Notes: generated from the sequence alone by a model not told the origin. DNA of 13,814 nt from Candidatus Nanohaloarchaea archaeon (GCA_042217585.1 JBDGSJ010000024.1:1-13814), one strand, 5' to 3'. Positions 1-6,922 are shown, counted from the first letter of the stretch. Translations and numbers: made by a program.

Positions 1-2
1 GA

Positions 3-149
3 TGGACCACCCGGGGTTCGAACCCGGGACCGCCGCCTGTCTCAGGATGCGAGCTGAGCTCGCTTCAGGCAACACGCAGGCCTTCCGGCAGGTGTTTTCT
101 GCGTGAGGTCCGTATAAGGACGGTGCTCTAACCCCTGAGCTAGTGGTCC
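3..149 (-). tRNA. tRNA-Ile(UAU) with a 74-nt intron at canonical position 37/38 (exons 149..113 and 38..3); CCA not encoded
   Basis: The reverse complement folds as a cloverleaf: acceptor GGACCAC/GTGGTCC with discriminator A, D arm GCTC-AGGGGTTA-GAGC, anticodon stem CCGTC/GGCGG with loop CT-TAT-A|A, T arm CCGGG-TTCGAAC-CCCGG. Anticodon TAT is at 116..114. Confidence 0.95.
39..112 (-). other. tRNA intron bounded by a bulge-helix-bulge splicing motif
   Basis: The central 4-bp helix is CTTA (118..115) paired with TGAG (44..41). The 3-nt bulges are TA|C and AC|A, and the flanking helices are GGA/TCC and the anticodon stem. Confidence 0.92.
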
Positions 150-219
150 TTGATCCTGACTGGTCTGACCGTTCCGTGAACGGTCGGCGGGATCGGGTTT
201 CTGGGCCGTCACTTCCCGC
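150..219 (-). ncRNA. Putative structured 5' leader or co-transcribed small RNA of tRNA-Ile, with a K-turn-like motif and a hairpin
   Basis: Stem GCGGGA/TCCCGC, 3-nt bulge AGT, tandem GA/GA pairs, then hairpin GACCGTTC-ACG-GAACGGTC. It begins about 24 nt downstream of a TATA-like box. Confidence 0.45.
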
Positions 220-240
220 ATGTACACGGTTGAGGGTGAA

Positions 241-258
241 ATCTAAAAAAGGCTTTCT
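241..258 (-). promoter_or_regulatory. BRE/TATA-like promoter for the tRNA-Ile transcript
   Basis: The minus strand reads AGAAAGCC-TTTTTTAGAT, the only AT-rich box between the tRNA and the psmA promoter. Predicted start is near G219. Confidence 0.55.
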
Positions 259-297
259 GTGGAGGGGGTCCTGTGGACTGGCGGGGGGCACGGTAGG

Positions 298-351
298 TTA
301 ATAAATCTTCCAGTGAATGATTTGTTAGGCGAGTTTTCTGTCAAAAGGTGA
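298..351 (+). promoter_or_regulatory. TATA box (TTAATAAA, 298..305) and SD (GGTGA, 347..351) of psmA
   Basis: AT-rich box in a GC-rich context; archaeal SD 9 nt before ATG 361. Confidence 0.6.
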
Positions 352-360
352 TCTATACTA

Positions 361-1071
361 ATGCAGATGTCTCAACAGCAGCAGGCCCAGTACGACAGGG
401 GTATCACGATCTTTTCCCCGGATGGTCGCCTGTTCCAGGTCGAGTACGCAAAGGAAGCAGTCAAAAAGGGAGCGACGGCGCTCGGTATCGTGTTCGAGGA
501 CGGAGTGGTCCTCGCGGCCACGAGGTCCGTCGACGAGATGAGGGTCAGGAACCCGGAGAAGGTGTTCAAGATCGACGAACACCTTGGTGTGGCGACCTCC
601 GGACTGGTCGCGGACGGAAGGACCCTTGTCGAGGAGGCCAGGAACGAGGCCCAGAAGTACCTGATGACCTACGATGAGGATATACCGACGAGCAACCTCG
701 GGAAGTTCATCGCGGACCGCTGCCAGCAGTTCACCCAGTACGGAGGTGTGCGTCCTTACGGAGTCGCCACCATCACAGGTGGTGTGAAGGACGGCAATCC
801 CGAGGTCTACCAGACTGATCCTTCGGGAACACTCAGCCAGTACCAGGCGATCGCGATCGGGAAGGGCGGCGAGGACGCCCAGAAACACCTGGAGGAGAAC
901 TGGGATGAGGACCTCGCTGAAGATGAGGCGATCCAGCTGGCGGTGAACGCCCTGAAGGAGGGCGAGGACGATCTGGAGACCGAGAACATCGAGCTTTCAG
1001 TCGTGGACCTCGAGGACGACTTCAGGAGGGTCAGTCCGGAGGAACTTGAGGAAGAGGGCCACGGCATCTGA
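361..1071 (+). CDS. psmA: Proteasome alpha subunit
   Basis: N-terminal alpha signature YDRGITIFSPDGRLFQVEYA, plus GLVADGRTL, TQYGGVRPYG and TDPSG motifs. Confidence 0.98.
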   Translation: MQMSQQQQAQYDRGITIFSPDGRLFQVEYAKEAVKKGATALGIVFEDGVVLAATRSVDEMRVRNPEKVFKIDEHLGVATSGLVADGRTLVEEARNEAQKYLMTYDEDIPTSNLGKFIADRCQQFTQYGGVRPYGVATITGGVKDGNPEVYQTDPSGTLSQYQAIAIGKGGEDAQKHLEENWDEDLAEDEAIQLAVNALKEGEDDLETENIELSVVDLEDDFRRVSPEELEEEGHGI

Positions 1072-1078
1072 TCTCCAA

Positions 1079-1086
1079 TTTATTAA
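1079..1086 (+). promoter_or_regulatory. TATA box for a probable leaderless transcript of the 111-aa membrane ORF
   Basis: TTTATTAA ends 25 nt before ATG 1111, and there is no SD. Confidence 0.55.
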
Positions 1087-1110
1087 CCTCATATCCCCCA
1101 TTTTTACTTC

Positions 1111-1446
1111 ATGTACCTCGAGATCTCCCGGAACCTCGTGCTCGCTCTGCTACTCCTGGGGATACTCGTCTTCATATACCGGTTCAACAGGAAGTGGGAG
1201 GAGGGCGCCTACTACTGCACGACGGTGCTTCAGCTTAAGAACAGGCACACGGAGAAGGCTTTCACCTTCCTGTTCCTTGCAAACTTTTTCTCGACGCTCG
1301 GGACCTTCATGGTGGGTCTGGGATGGGATCTCGGGATCATCGCGAGCTTTAACCTCTCGATCATCTGCTGGGCTCTGTTCTTCAAAATCGTGGACGACCT
1401 GATAAGGAACAGGGAAGTGAGATGGCTCCCTGGTTCGGCTTTCTGA
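1111..1446 (+). CDS. Hypothetical small membrane protein (about 3 TM helices)
   Basis: 111-aa ORF with hydrophobic stretches LVLALLLLGILVFIY, AFTFLFLANFFSTLGTFMVGL and LGIIASFNLSIICWALFF; own TATA box; fills the psmA-SBDS gap. Confidence 0.8.
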   Translation: MYLEISRNLVLALLLLGILVFIYRFNRKWEEGAYYCTTVLQLKNRHTEKAFTFLFLANFFSTLGTFMVGLGWDLGIIASFNLSIICWALFFKIVDDLIRNREVRWLPGSAF

Positions 1447-1910
1447 TATCTCTCCAGGTCCCGGTCCTGGCCTGGCTGCTGCTCAAACGTTTCAGGGAGG
1501 ACTCCAAGAACTCCCTGAGGTACATGCAGTTCAAGGCGAACGATGTGAAGATCGCGTTCCAGCTGCTGATGGTCGCGTTCTTCGGCATACTGGCATTCGT
1601 GGGGTACAGGATGGTCTTCGACACGATGGTGACGGTCGCCGGGGCTGTCGCAGGCACCATCGCCACGATGTCGGTCACCGTGGCCCTCCTGATACTGAAC
1701 ATCGCCGCCAGGAAACCGGACAACAGGTACTCGAAGTACCTGCCGTCGTCCATGCTGGACTCCGTAGAGGAGTACCCGTCCTCTGTGAAGGTCCCTGAAG
1801 ACGTGAAAAAGGAGGTCTGGGAGGCCAGGGAGAAAAGGCTCGAGGAGGAGATCGGCGAGGAGACCGGGAACCTGCTGGACCGGATTAAAAAGAAGTTTAA
1901 ATCTGGATGA
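1422..1910 (+). CDS. Hypothetical membrane protein (about 3 TM helices plus a charged C-terminal tail), probable paralog of the upstream ORF
   Basis: 162-aa ORF with a purine-rich SD-like AGGGAAGTGAG before the ATG, three hydrophobic segments, and a 25-nt overlap with the upstream ORF. Confidence 0.8.
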   Translation: MAPWFGFLISLQVPVLAWLLLKRFREDSKNSLRYMQFKANDVKIAFQLLMVAFFGILAFVGYRMVFDTMVTVAGAVAGTIATMSVTVALLILNIAARKPDNRYSKYLPSSMLDSVEEYPSSVKVPEDVKKEVWEAREKRLEEEIGEETGNLLDRIKKKFKSG

Positions 1911-1923
1911 ACCGTTCCTGTAC

Positions 1924-2604
1924 ATGGACACTTCTGATGCGATAAAAGTCCGGTACAACGGTTACGAGATACTTGTCGAACCTGATCCGGCGAAGGAGGC
2001 GAAGCTGGAGGGAGAGGACCACGATATCCAGAGACTGCTGTTCGTCCAGGAGGTCTTCAAGGACGCCGGCGAGGGAGAAAGAGTCGGGACCGAGGAGCTG
2101 GAGAACGAGTTCGGGACCCGGAACGTGATGGAGGCCGCGGAAGAGGTCTTCGAGAAGGGGGACATGCAGCTGACGACCGAGCAGAAGCGCGAGATGCGTG
2201 AGGACAAGCGGAAGCAGATAATCGACATGATAGCGCGGAGGGCTCAGGACCCCAAGACCGGGAACCCTCATCCTCCGCAGAGGGTGGAAAACGCGCTGGA
2301 AGAGGCCGGTTTCCACGTGGACGCGATGAAGGACGTGGAGGAGCAGTTCGACGACGCCATCGACCAGATAAGGCCCATAATCCCGATCTCGCTGGATGAG
2401 AAGACGGTCGCGGTCCGGATACCGAACGACGACGCCGGCAAGGCGTACGACATCATACAGAGGAAGGCAGAGGTCAAGGAGGAGCAGTGGGGTAACGACT
2501 ACTTCATGGCGAAGATAAGATGTCCGGCGGGCGTCCTCTCGGAGCTGATGGAGGAGGTCCAGAGCGCCACCGGCGGGAAGGCGGAGATGTCCGAACAGGT
2601 ATGA
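1924..2604 (+). CDS. sdo1: Ribosome maturation factor SBDS/Sdo1
   Basis: YEILVEPD, VFKDAGEGER, FGT, QLTTEQKREM and DPKTGNPHPPQRVENALEEA motifs; canonical position between psmA and rrp4. Confidence 0.97.
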   Translation: MDTSDAIKVRYNGYEILVEPDPAKEAKLEGEDHDIQRLLFVQEVFKDAGEGERVGTEELENEFGTRNVMEAAEEVFEKGDMQLTTEQKREMREDKRKQIIDMIARRAQDPKTGNPHPPQRVENALEEAGFHVDAMKDVEEQFDDAIDQIRPIIPISLDEKTVAVRIPNDDAGKAYDIIQRKAEVKEEQWGNDYFMAKIRCPAGVLSELMEEVQSATGGKAEMSEQV

Positions 2605-2609
2605 CAGGG

Positions 2610-2685
2610 TTATAAAAAATTTCCCGCCCCGAATTTACTTATAAAAACTCACGTTCTGTGAGACTGAACTCAGATTGACTGAGGT
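2610..2685 (+). promoter_or_regulatory. TATA box(es) and SD upstream of rrp4
   Basis: TTATAAAAA at 2610 and again at 2639; SD GAGGT at 2681..2685. Confidence 0.55.
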
Positions 2686-2693
2686 TGAATAAG

Positions 2694-3380
2694 ATGTCGC
2701 GTGTTAAAGATGAAAACGATCTAGTCGTACCTGGAGACGTCATATATACAGGAGACGAACTGTACGCGGATTCAGGTACGTACAAGGAAGACGGGAAAAT
2801 CTACTCAAAATACATCGGAACGGTCCGGTACTCGGACCAGGGCATCGAGGTAAGAGAGATGTCCGGCCGCTACATCCCCGAGGAGGGAGATGTAGTCATC
2901 GGAGAGGTCTCGAGGGTAAGTTATTCCCGGTGGAACGTCGACCTGAACTCCCCGTACGAGGGAACGCTCGGGATCAAGGACGCCACCGAGGACTACGTGG
3001 ACCTCGATGAGGACGACCTTACGGATTACTTCGAGGTCGGTGACGCGGTCGTCGTGAAGGTCGACAGCGTCTCCGAGTCCAAGGAGGTCGACCTCACGAT
3101 GCTTGACCGCAGGTGCAAGAAGCTGGAGGGAGGAAGAGTGATAGAGATCGCTCCCTCAAAGGTCCCGAGGGTCATCGGGAAGCAGGGAACGATGGTCAAG
3201 CAGATCAACGAGAAGACCCGGTGCAACATAATCGTCGGTCAGAACGGACAGGTATGGATCTCCGGTGAGAACCCGAACGTCGCCGCGCGAGCGGTGAAGA
3301 AGGTCGAAAGGGAGGCTCACACATCCGGACTGACGGACAAAATCTCCGAATGGCTTGACGAACAGCTCGAGGAGGAATGA
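2694..3380 (+). CDS. rrp4: Exosome RNA-binding cap subunit Rrp4 (S1 and KH domains)
   Basis: LVVPGD, GRYIPEEGDVVIGEV, KH motif PSKVPRVIGKQG and IIVGQNGQVWI. ATG 2694 is preferred over TTG 2685 because of SD spacing. Confidence 0.97.
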   Translation: MSRVKDENDLVVPGDVIYTGDELYADSGTYKEDGKIYSKYIGTVRYSDQGIEVREMSGRYIPEEGDVVIGEVSRVSYSRWNVDLNSPYEGTLGIKDATEDYVDLDEDDLTDYFEVGDAVVVKVDSVSESKEVDLTMLDRRCKKLEGGRVIEIAPSKVPRVIGKQGTMVKQINEKTRCNIIVGQNGQVWISGENPNVAARAVKKVEREAHTSGLTDKISEWLDEQLEEE

Positions 3381-3385
3381 TCAAG

Positions 3386-4141
3386 ATGGCAGAAGAAGAT
3401 ATCGAATGGTTTGACGATGAAGGAAAAAGGATCGACGGAAGAGAGAAGAACGAGCTCCGTGAGACCTCGATGGAGATCGGGGTCCTGAACGAGGCTGACG
3501 GATCAGCGATGGTGGAGATAGGGAACACCCGTGTCATCGCGTCCGTCTTCGGACCTCAGGAGCTACATCCCCAGCACCTTCAGGAGCCGGACCGCGCGGT
3601 CATCAAGATGCGGTACAACATGGCGCCTTTCAGCGTCGATGACCGGATGCAGCCCGGACCGAACAGGAGGGCGAAGGAGATCGGTCTCGTCGCGAGACGG
3701 GCTCTCGAGCCGGCTATCGAGCTGGACCGGTTCCCGACGGCGGGGATCGACATCTCGATGGAGGTCGTCGAGTCCGACGGAGGTACACGCGTTACCGGTA
3801 TCACCGCCGCGGCACTTGCTCTTGCGGACGCCGGAATACCCATGACGGGTATGGTCTCGGCGTGCGCCGCAGGAGTCGTCGACGGCGAAGTAGTCCTTGA
3901 CGTCAACGGTAAGGAGGACAAGGAAGGTAACGCCGACATCCCGATCGCCATCATCAACAGGTTCGACGAGGAAGACGACGAACCGGGAGACGAGGTCACC
4001 CTTCTGCAGATGGACGGGGACCTCACGCAGGAACAGGTCGACGAGTGTATCTCGATGGCGAAGGACGGATGCCATCAGCTGTACGAGCAACAGCGTGAAA
4101 CCATCCTAGAAAACTACGAATCAATCAGAGGTGACGAATGA
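3386..4141 (+). CDS. rrp41: Exosome catalytic subunit Rrp41 (RNase PH family)
   Basis: RIDGR..ELR, ADGSAMVEIGNT, YNMAPFSV, GPNRRAKEI, phosphate-binding DGGTR and catalytic LDVNGKEDKEGNADIP. Alternative start is 3377. Confidence 0.97.
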   Translation: MAEEDIEWFDDEGKRIDGREKNELRETSMEIGVLNEADGSAMVEIGNTRVIASVFGPQELHPQHLQEPDRAVIKMRYNMAPFSVDDRMQPGPNRRAKEIGLVARRALEPAIELDRFPTAGIDISMEVVESDGGTRVTGITAAALALADAGIPMTGMVSACAAGVVDGEVVLDVNGKEDKEGNADIPIAIINRFDEEDDEPGDEVTLLQMDGDLTQEQVDECISMAKDGCHQLYEQQRETILENYESIRGDE

Positions 4142-4932
4142 TGAAGATTAACCAGCGAACGATCAGGAAGATGGTCCAGGACGGAGAAAGGCTTGACGGA
4201 AGGGACCTCGACGAGTTCAGGGAAATCGAGGTAGAAACCGACTACATCAACGAGACCGCGAACGGCTCGGCGATGGTCCGGATCGGGGACACCAAGGTCC
4301 TCGTCGGCATCAGCGTCGAGGTAGAGGAACCCTACCCGGACCGTCCGGAGTCAGGGACGATAGTGACGAACGCGGAGCTGGCGCCGATGGCTTCCCGCGA
4401 GTACGAGTCCGGTCCTCCGCAGGAGGACGGGGTCGAGCTCGCAAGGGTGGTCGACAGGGGTATCCGTGAGGCAGAGGCCATAGACCTTGAGGACCTGTGC
4501 ATCGAGCCAGGCGAGAAGGTCTACACGGTCTTCATCGATGCCCACGTCCTGAACGACGACGGCAACCTGATCGACGCGACCAGCCTTGCCGCGGTTTCGG
4601 CGCTCAAGACCGGTTACCTTCCTGCTTACAGTACAGAAGATAGAGAGATTAAGAGAGATGAGAAGTGGAAGGACATCGAGCTTGACACCGAGCCTGTCAC
4701 GGTCACGGGACGGAAGATCAACGGCCAGCTTCTCTGGGATACCACCGGGGAAGAGGAAGAGGCCCAGGACGCCCGGCTGACGGTTTCTATCAACGAGGAA
4801 GGGAACATCGTCGCGATGCAGAAGGGCGAGATGCAGCCGTTCAGCCAGGACGAGATCAACCAGATCATGGACCACGCACAGGAGAAAACCGCCATGCTCC
4901 GTGAAAAGATCGACGAAGCAACAGGAGCATAA
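4138..4932 (+). CDS. rrp42: Exosome subunit Rrp42
   Basis: RLDGRDLDEFR, ANGSAMVRIGDTKV, PYPDRPESG, ELARVVDRGIRE, DDGNLIDA and MQKG; ATGA overlap with rrp41; SD GAGGTGA. Start may be 4141. Confidence 0.97.
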   Translation: MMKINQRTIRKMVQDGERLDGRDLDEFREIEVETDYINETANGSAMVRIGDTKVLVGISVEVEEPYPDRPESGTIVTNAELAPMASREYESGPPQEDGVELARVVDRGIREAEAIDLEDLCIEPGEKVYTVFIDAHVLNDDGNLIDATSLAAVSALKTGYLPAYSTEDREIKRDEKWKDIELDTEPVTVTGRKINGQLLWDTTGEEEEAQDARLTVSINEEGNIVAMQKGEMQPFSQDEINQIMDHAQEKTAMLREKIDEATGA

Positions 4933-4971
4933 AAAACTTTTCTCTCATTTATTTTCCATAGGTGTAAAGAT

Positions 4972-5262
4972 ATGGCGAGAAAGAACAAGTCTTCCAAGAG
5001 GTTCGGCTCGAGGTACGGATCAAGGACCAGGAAGAACGTTGACGAGGCCGAATCGACGGAAGAGACGGAATGTCCCGAATGTGGCTCGGATAGAGTCGAA
5101 AGGGAGGCCGCAGGCATCTGGAAATGCCAGAAATGTGGAGAGAAGATGGCAGGCGGCGCCTACGACCGGGACACGGGAGCAGAGGAAATCCTTCAGAAGG
5201 CTCTTCACACAGAGGACGCACCTGAGGAGCTTGAAGAGGCCAAGGAGGCCATCGAGGGATAG
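4972..5262 (+). CDS. rpl37ae: 50S ribosomal protein L37ae (eL43)
   Basis: RFGSRYG, zinc ribbon CPEC...GIWKCQKC and AGGAY; canonical position after rrp42. Confidence 0.96.
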   Translation: MARKNKSSKRFGSRYGSRTRKNVDEAESTEETECPECGSDRVEREAAGIWKCQKCGEKMAGGAYDRDTGAEEILQKALHTEDAPEELEEAKEAIEG

Positions 5263-5264
5263 AT

Positions 5265-5405
5265 ATGGGATCATACGTCTGCGTGAAATGTGAGGAGGAA
5301 GTAGATATCGAACCGGTCGAGGACAAGGTAATCTGTCCGAAGTGCTCCCACAGGGTCCTGCTGAAGAAGAGACCCGAGGAGCCCAAGACGGTTCCAACGA
5401 AATGA
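5265..5405 (+). CDS. rpoP: DNA-directed RNA polymerase subunit P (Rpo12), 46 aa; not in the supplied ORF track
   Basis: Manual translation MGSYVCVKCEEEVDIEPVEDKVICPKCSHRVLLKKRPEEPKTVPTK gives YxCxxC...CPxCxxRxLxKxRP; canonical position after rpl37ae. Confidence 0.95.
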   Translation: MGSYVCVKCEEEVDIEPVEDKVICPKCSHRVLLKKRPEEPKTVPTK

Positions 5406-5614
5406 AGTCGACCGTCGAGATAGACACGGAGAGGCCCGGTGAGATCGCGGAGATACTGGGCCAGAGCCTTGATTCGGACATGAAGGTCGACTACGATATA
5501 GAGGTGAAGGACGAGAAAGCGGTCTTCACCGTCGAGGCTGACGGCATCGGACCGCTTAGAGGTGCCACGGACTCAGTTTTCAGGCTGGGTTCGCTGGCGT
5601 TAAAGCTATACTAG
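5402..5614 (+). CDS. pcc1: KEOPS complex Pcc1-like subunit (70 aa)
   Basis: ATGA overlap with the rpoP stop; C-terminal VEADGIGPLRGATDSVFR matches the Pcc1 pattern A.D...LR...NS..R; sits between rpoP and pfdB. Confidence 0.85.
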   Translation: MKSTVEIDTERPGEIAEILGQSLDSDMKVDYDIEVKDEKAVFTVEADGIGPLRGATDSVFRLGSLALKLY

Positions 5615-5626
5615 AGGTGTATCACA

Positions 5627-5965
5627 ATGGCAGAACAGGACCAGAACGAAGCACAGAAGATGATGATGGAAATGCAGCAGACCCAGCAGAAGATGCAGCA
5701 GATCTCCGTAAAGAAGGAGGAGACCGAGGAGGAGATCGATGGTATTACGAAGGCCCTTGAAGAACTTGAGAAGGAGGAGGGCGGAAACGTGTACCAGTCT
5801 GTTGGCGAGATAATGGTCGAGCGAGACAGGGATAGCCTGGAAGAGGACCTTGAGGAAAGGAAGAGCGACCTTGAGGCCCGAATCGAGACCCTTGAGAAGC
5901 AGGAGAGCAGGCTTGAGGATAAACTTGAAGAGTCCCAGAAAAAGTTCTCGGACCAGATGCAGTAG
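5627..5965 (+). CDS. pfdB: Prefoldin beta subunit
   Basis: Coiled coil, then VYQSVGEIMVE beta hairpin, then coiled coil (LEARIETLEKQE); SD GAGGTG; synteny. Confidence 0.95.
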   Translation: MAEQDQNEAQKMMMEMQQTQQKMQQISVKKEETEEEIDGITKALEELEKEEGGNVYQSVGEIMVERDRDSLEEDLEERKSDLEARIETLEKQESRLEDKLEESQKKFSDQMQ

Positions 5966-5975
5966 GGGATCTCCG

Positions 5976-6224
5976 GTGCCATCAGTAGAATCAGTCGTAA
6001 AGAGAATGGAGGGTATAGCCGAGAAGGACGGCGTTCCCTCGAACGTCTCGGAGATGCTTGAGCAGGCGATCGATGAGCTTCAGGACGAGGACCGAGATCT
6101 GTCGATCCGGGTCAACTCCGCGTCTTCTCTGCTGGACCAGATCAGCAACGACCCGAATATAAGGCAGCACACCAGGACCGAGATCTGGAACCTTGCCTCG
6201 AAGGTAGAGAGCCTGAACGACTGA
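5976..6224 (+). CDS. UPF0147 family protein (82 aa, GTG start)
   Basis: DGVPSNV...ISNDPNIRQHTRTEIWNLASKVE matches the UPF0147 pattern; SD GGGGA at 5965..5969 precedes GTG 5976. Confidence 0.88.
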   Translation: MPSVESVVKRMEGIAEKDGVPSNVSEMLEQAIDELQDEDRDLSIRVNSASSLLDQISNDPNIRQHTRTEIWNLASKVESLND

Positions 6225-6254
6225 TTCAAACCGGCTCCGGACGGTTTCAAAAAG

Positions 6255-6291
6255 CTATAAAAACTTCGGTCAGAGATTTTAACTAAGAGGT
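6255..6291 (+). promoter_or_regulatory. BRE/TATA (AAAAAG-CTATAAAA) and SD (GAGGT) of sepF
   Basis: CTATAAAA at 6255..6262 and GAGGT at 6287..6291, before ATG 6301. Confidence 0.55.
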
Positions 6292-6300
6292 AATCAAATC

Positions 6301-6672
6301 ATGGCATTAGGTTTTCTGAAGCCCGATGAGGGAGACGGCGAGGAACTGGTAGAGGACGAGTTCGTCGAACTGGACGCAAAATCAAGGGATAAGGACCAGA
6401 AAGTGATAATCAGGGCGGAAACGCTCAGGGAGTTCGACGACGTGAAGGACGTCCAGAAGCACCTCCGTGAGGACCGCATCGTCTGGGTCAATATCAAACC
6501 GCTGAAGGAGACCGACATGTCCAACCTGAAGAGGGCAGTGAAGAGACTGAAGAAGACCGTGAGGTCCATCGACGGCGACATGGCCGGCGTGGACGAGGAG
6601 TGGATCGTAGTCTGCCCGTCTTACGCGGAGATAGCTCGGTCCGACGACAAGGTGGAGGAGAAAGAGGAGTAA
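6301..6672 (+). CDS. sepF: Cell division protein SepF (archaeal FtsZ anchor)
   Basis: N-terminal amphipathic MALGFLK, acidic linker with EFVELD, and core IVWVNIKPL...LKRAVKRLK...IDGDMAG...IVVCPS; adjacency to UPF0147 is common in archaea. Confidence 0.9.
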   Translation: MALGFLKPDEGDGEELVEDEFVELDAKSRDKDQKVIIRAETLREFDDVKDVQKHLREDRIVWVNIKPLKETDMSNLKRAVKRLKKTVRSIDGDMAGVDEEWIVVCPSYAEIARSDDKVEEKEE

Positions 6673-6673
6673 C

Positions 6674-6922
6674 TCAGTCCTCTTCCTCGAAACCTATCCT
6701 GTCCTTTATCTCGTCCATGTCATCCTTCATATCTTCTATCTGCTGGATTATATCGCCGGTACCGAACTCGACGAACTCCTTTACGCAGTCCCTGCAGTAA
6801 ACCCTGTCATCGAACTCTATCGCGTCTTCAGGTAGTCTTTCATGTCCTGAGAACTCCGATGGCTCTCTTCCCCCGAAATCTATGACCTCTCCGCATTCAT
6901 CACATGTTACGCTGTATACCAT
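6674..6922 (-). CDS. Small putative zinc-binding protein (CxxC...CxxC) with an acidic coiled-coil tail
   Basis: CDECG and YCRDC motifs; heptad-like IIQQIEDMKDDMDEIKDRI; TTTATA box at 6951..6946 at leaderless spacing. Confidence 0.8.
   Translation of the reverse strand: MVYSVTCDECGEVIDFGGREPSEFSGHERLPEDAIEFDDRVYCRDCVKEFVEFGTGDIIQQIEDMKDDMDEIKDRIGFEEED

Noticed and set aside
42..227. 61-aa minus-strand ORF
   Set aside because: It overlaps the tRNA, its intron and its leader, and has no protein-like features.
150..260. Possible 5S rRNA or H/ACA RNA upstream of the tRNA
   Set aside because: No 5S conserved loops (e.g. CCGAAC) or terminal helix, and no pseudouridylation pocket with a correctly placed ACA box.
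260..297. G-rich tract between the divergent tRNA and psmA promoters (possible G-quadruplex)
   Set aside because: Only two runs have three or more G; this is not a canonical G4 and is unremarkable at this GC content.
1422..1446. Frameshifted single gene or pseudogene joining the two membrane ORFs
   Set aside because: There is no slippery run, the second ORF has its own ATG and SD-like sequence, and each ORF looks like a complete repeat unit. Not fully excluded without reads.
5342..5401. Upstream extension of the pcc1 ORF (and likewise 5850..5975 for UPF0147)
   Set aside because: These overlap rpoP and pfdB respectively; the ATGA coupling and SD positions give better starts.
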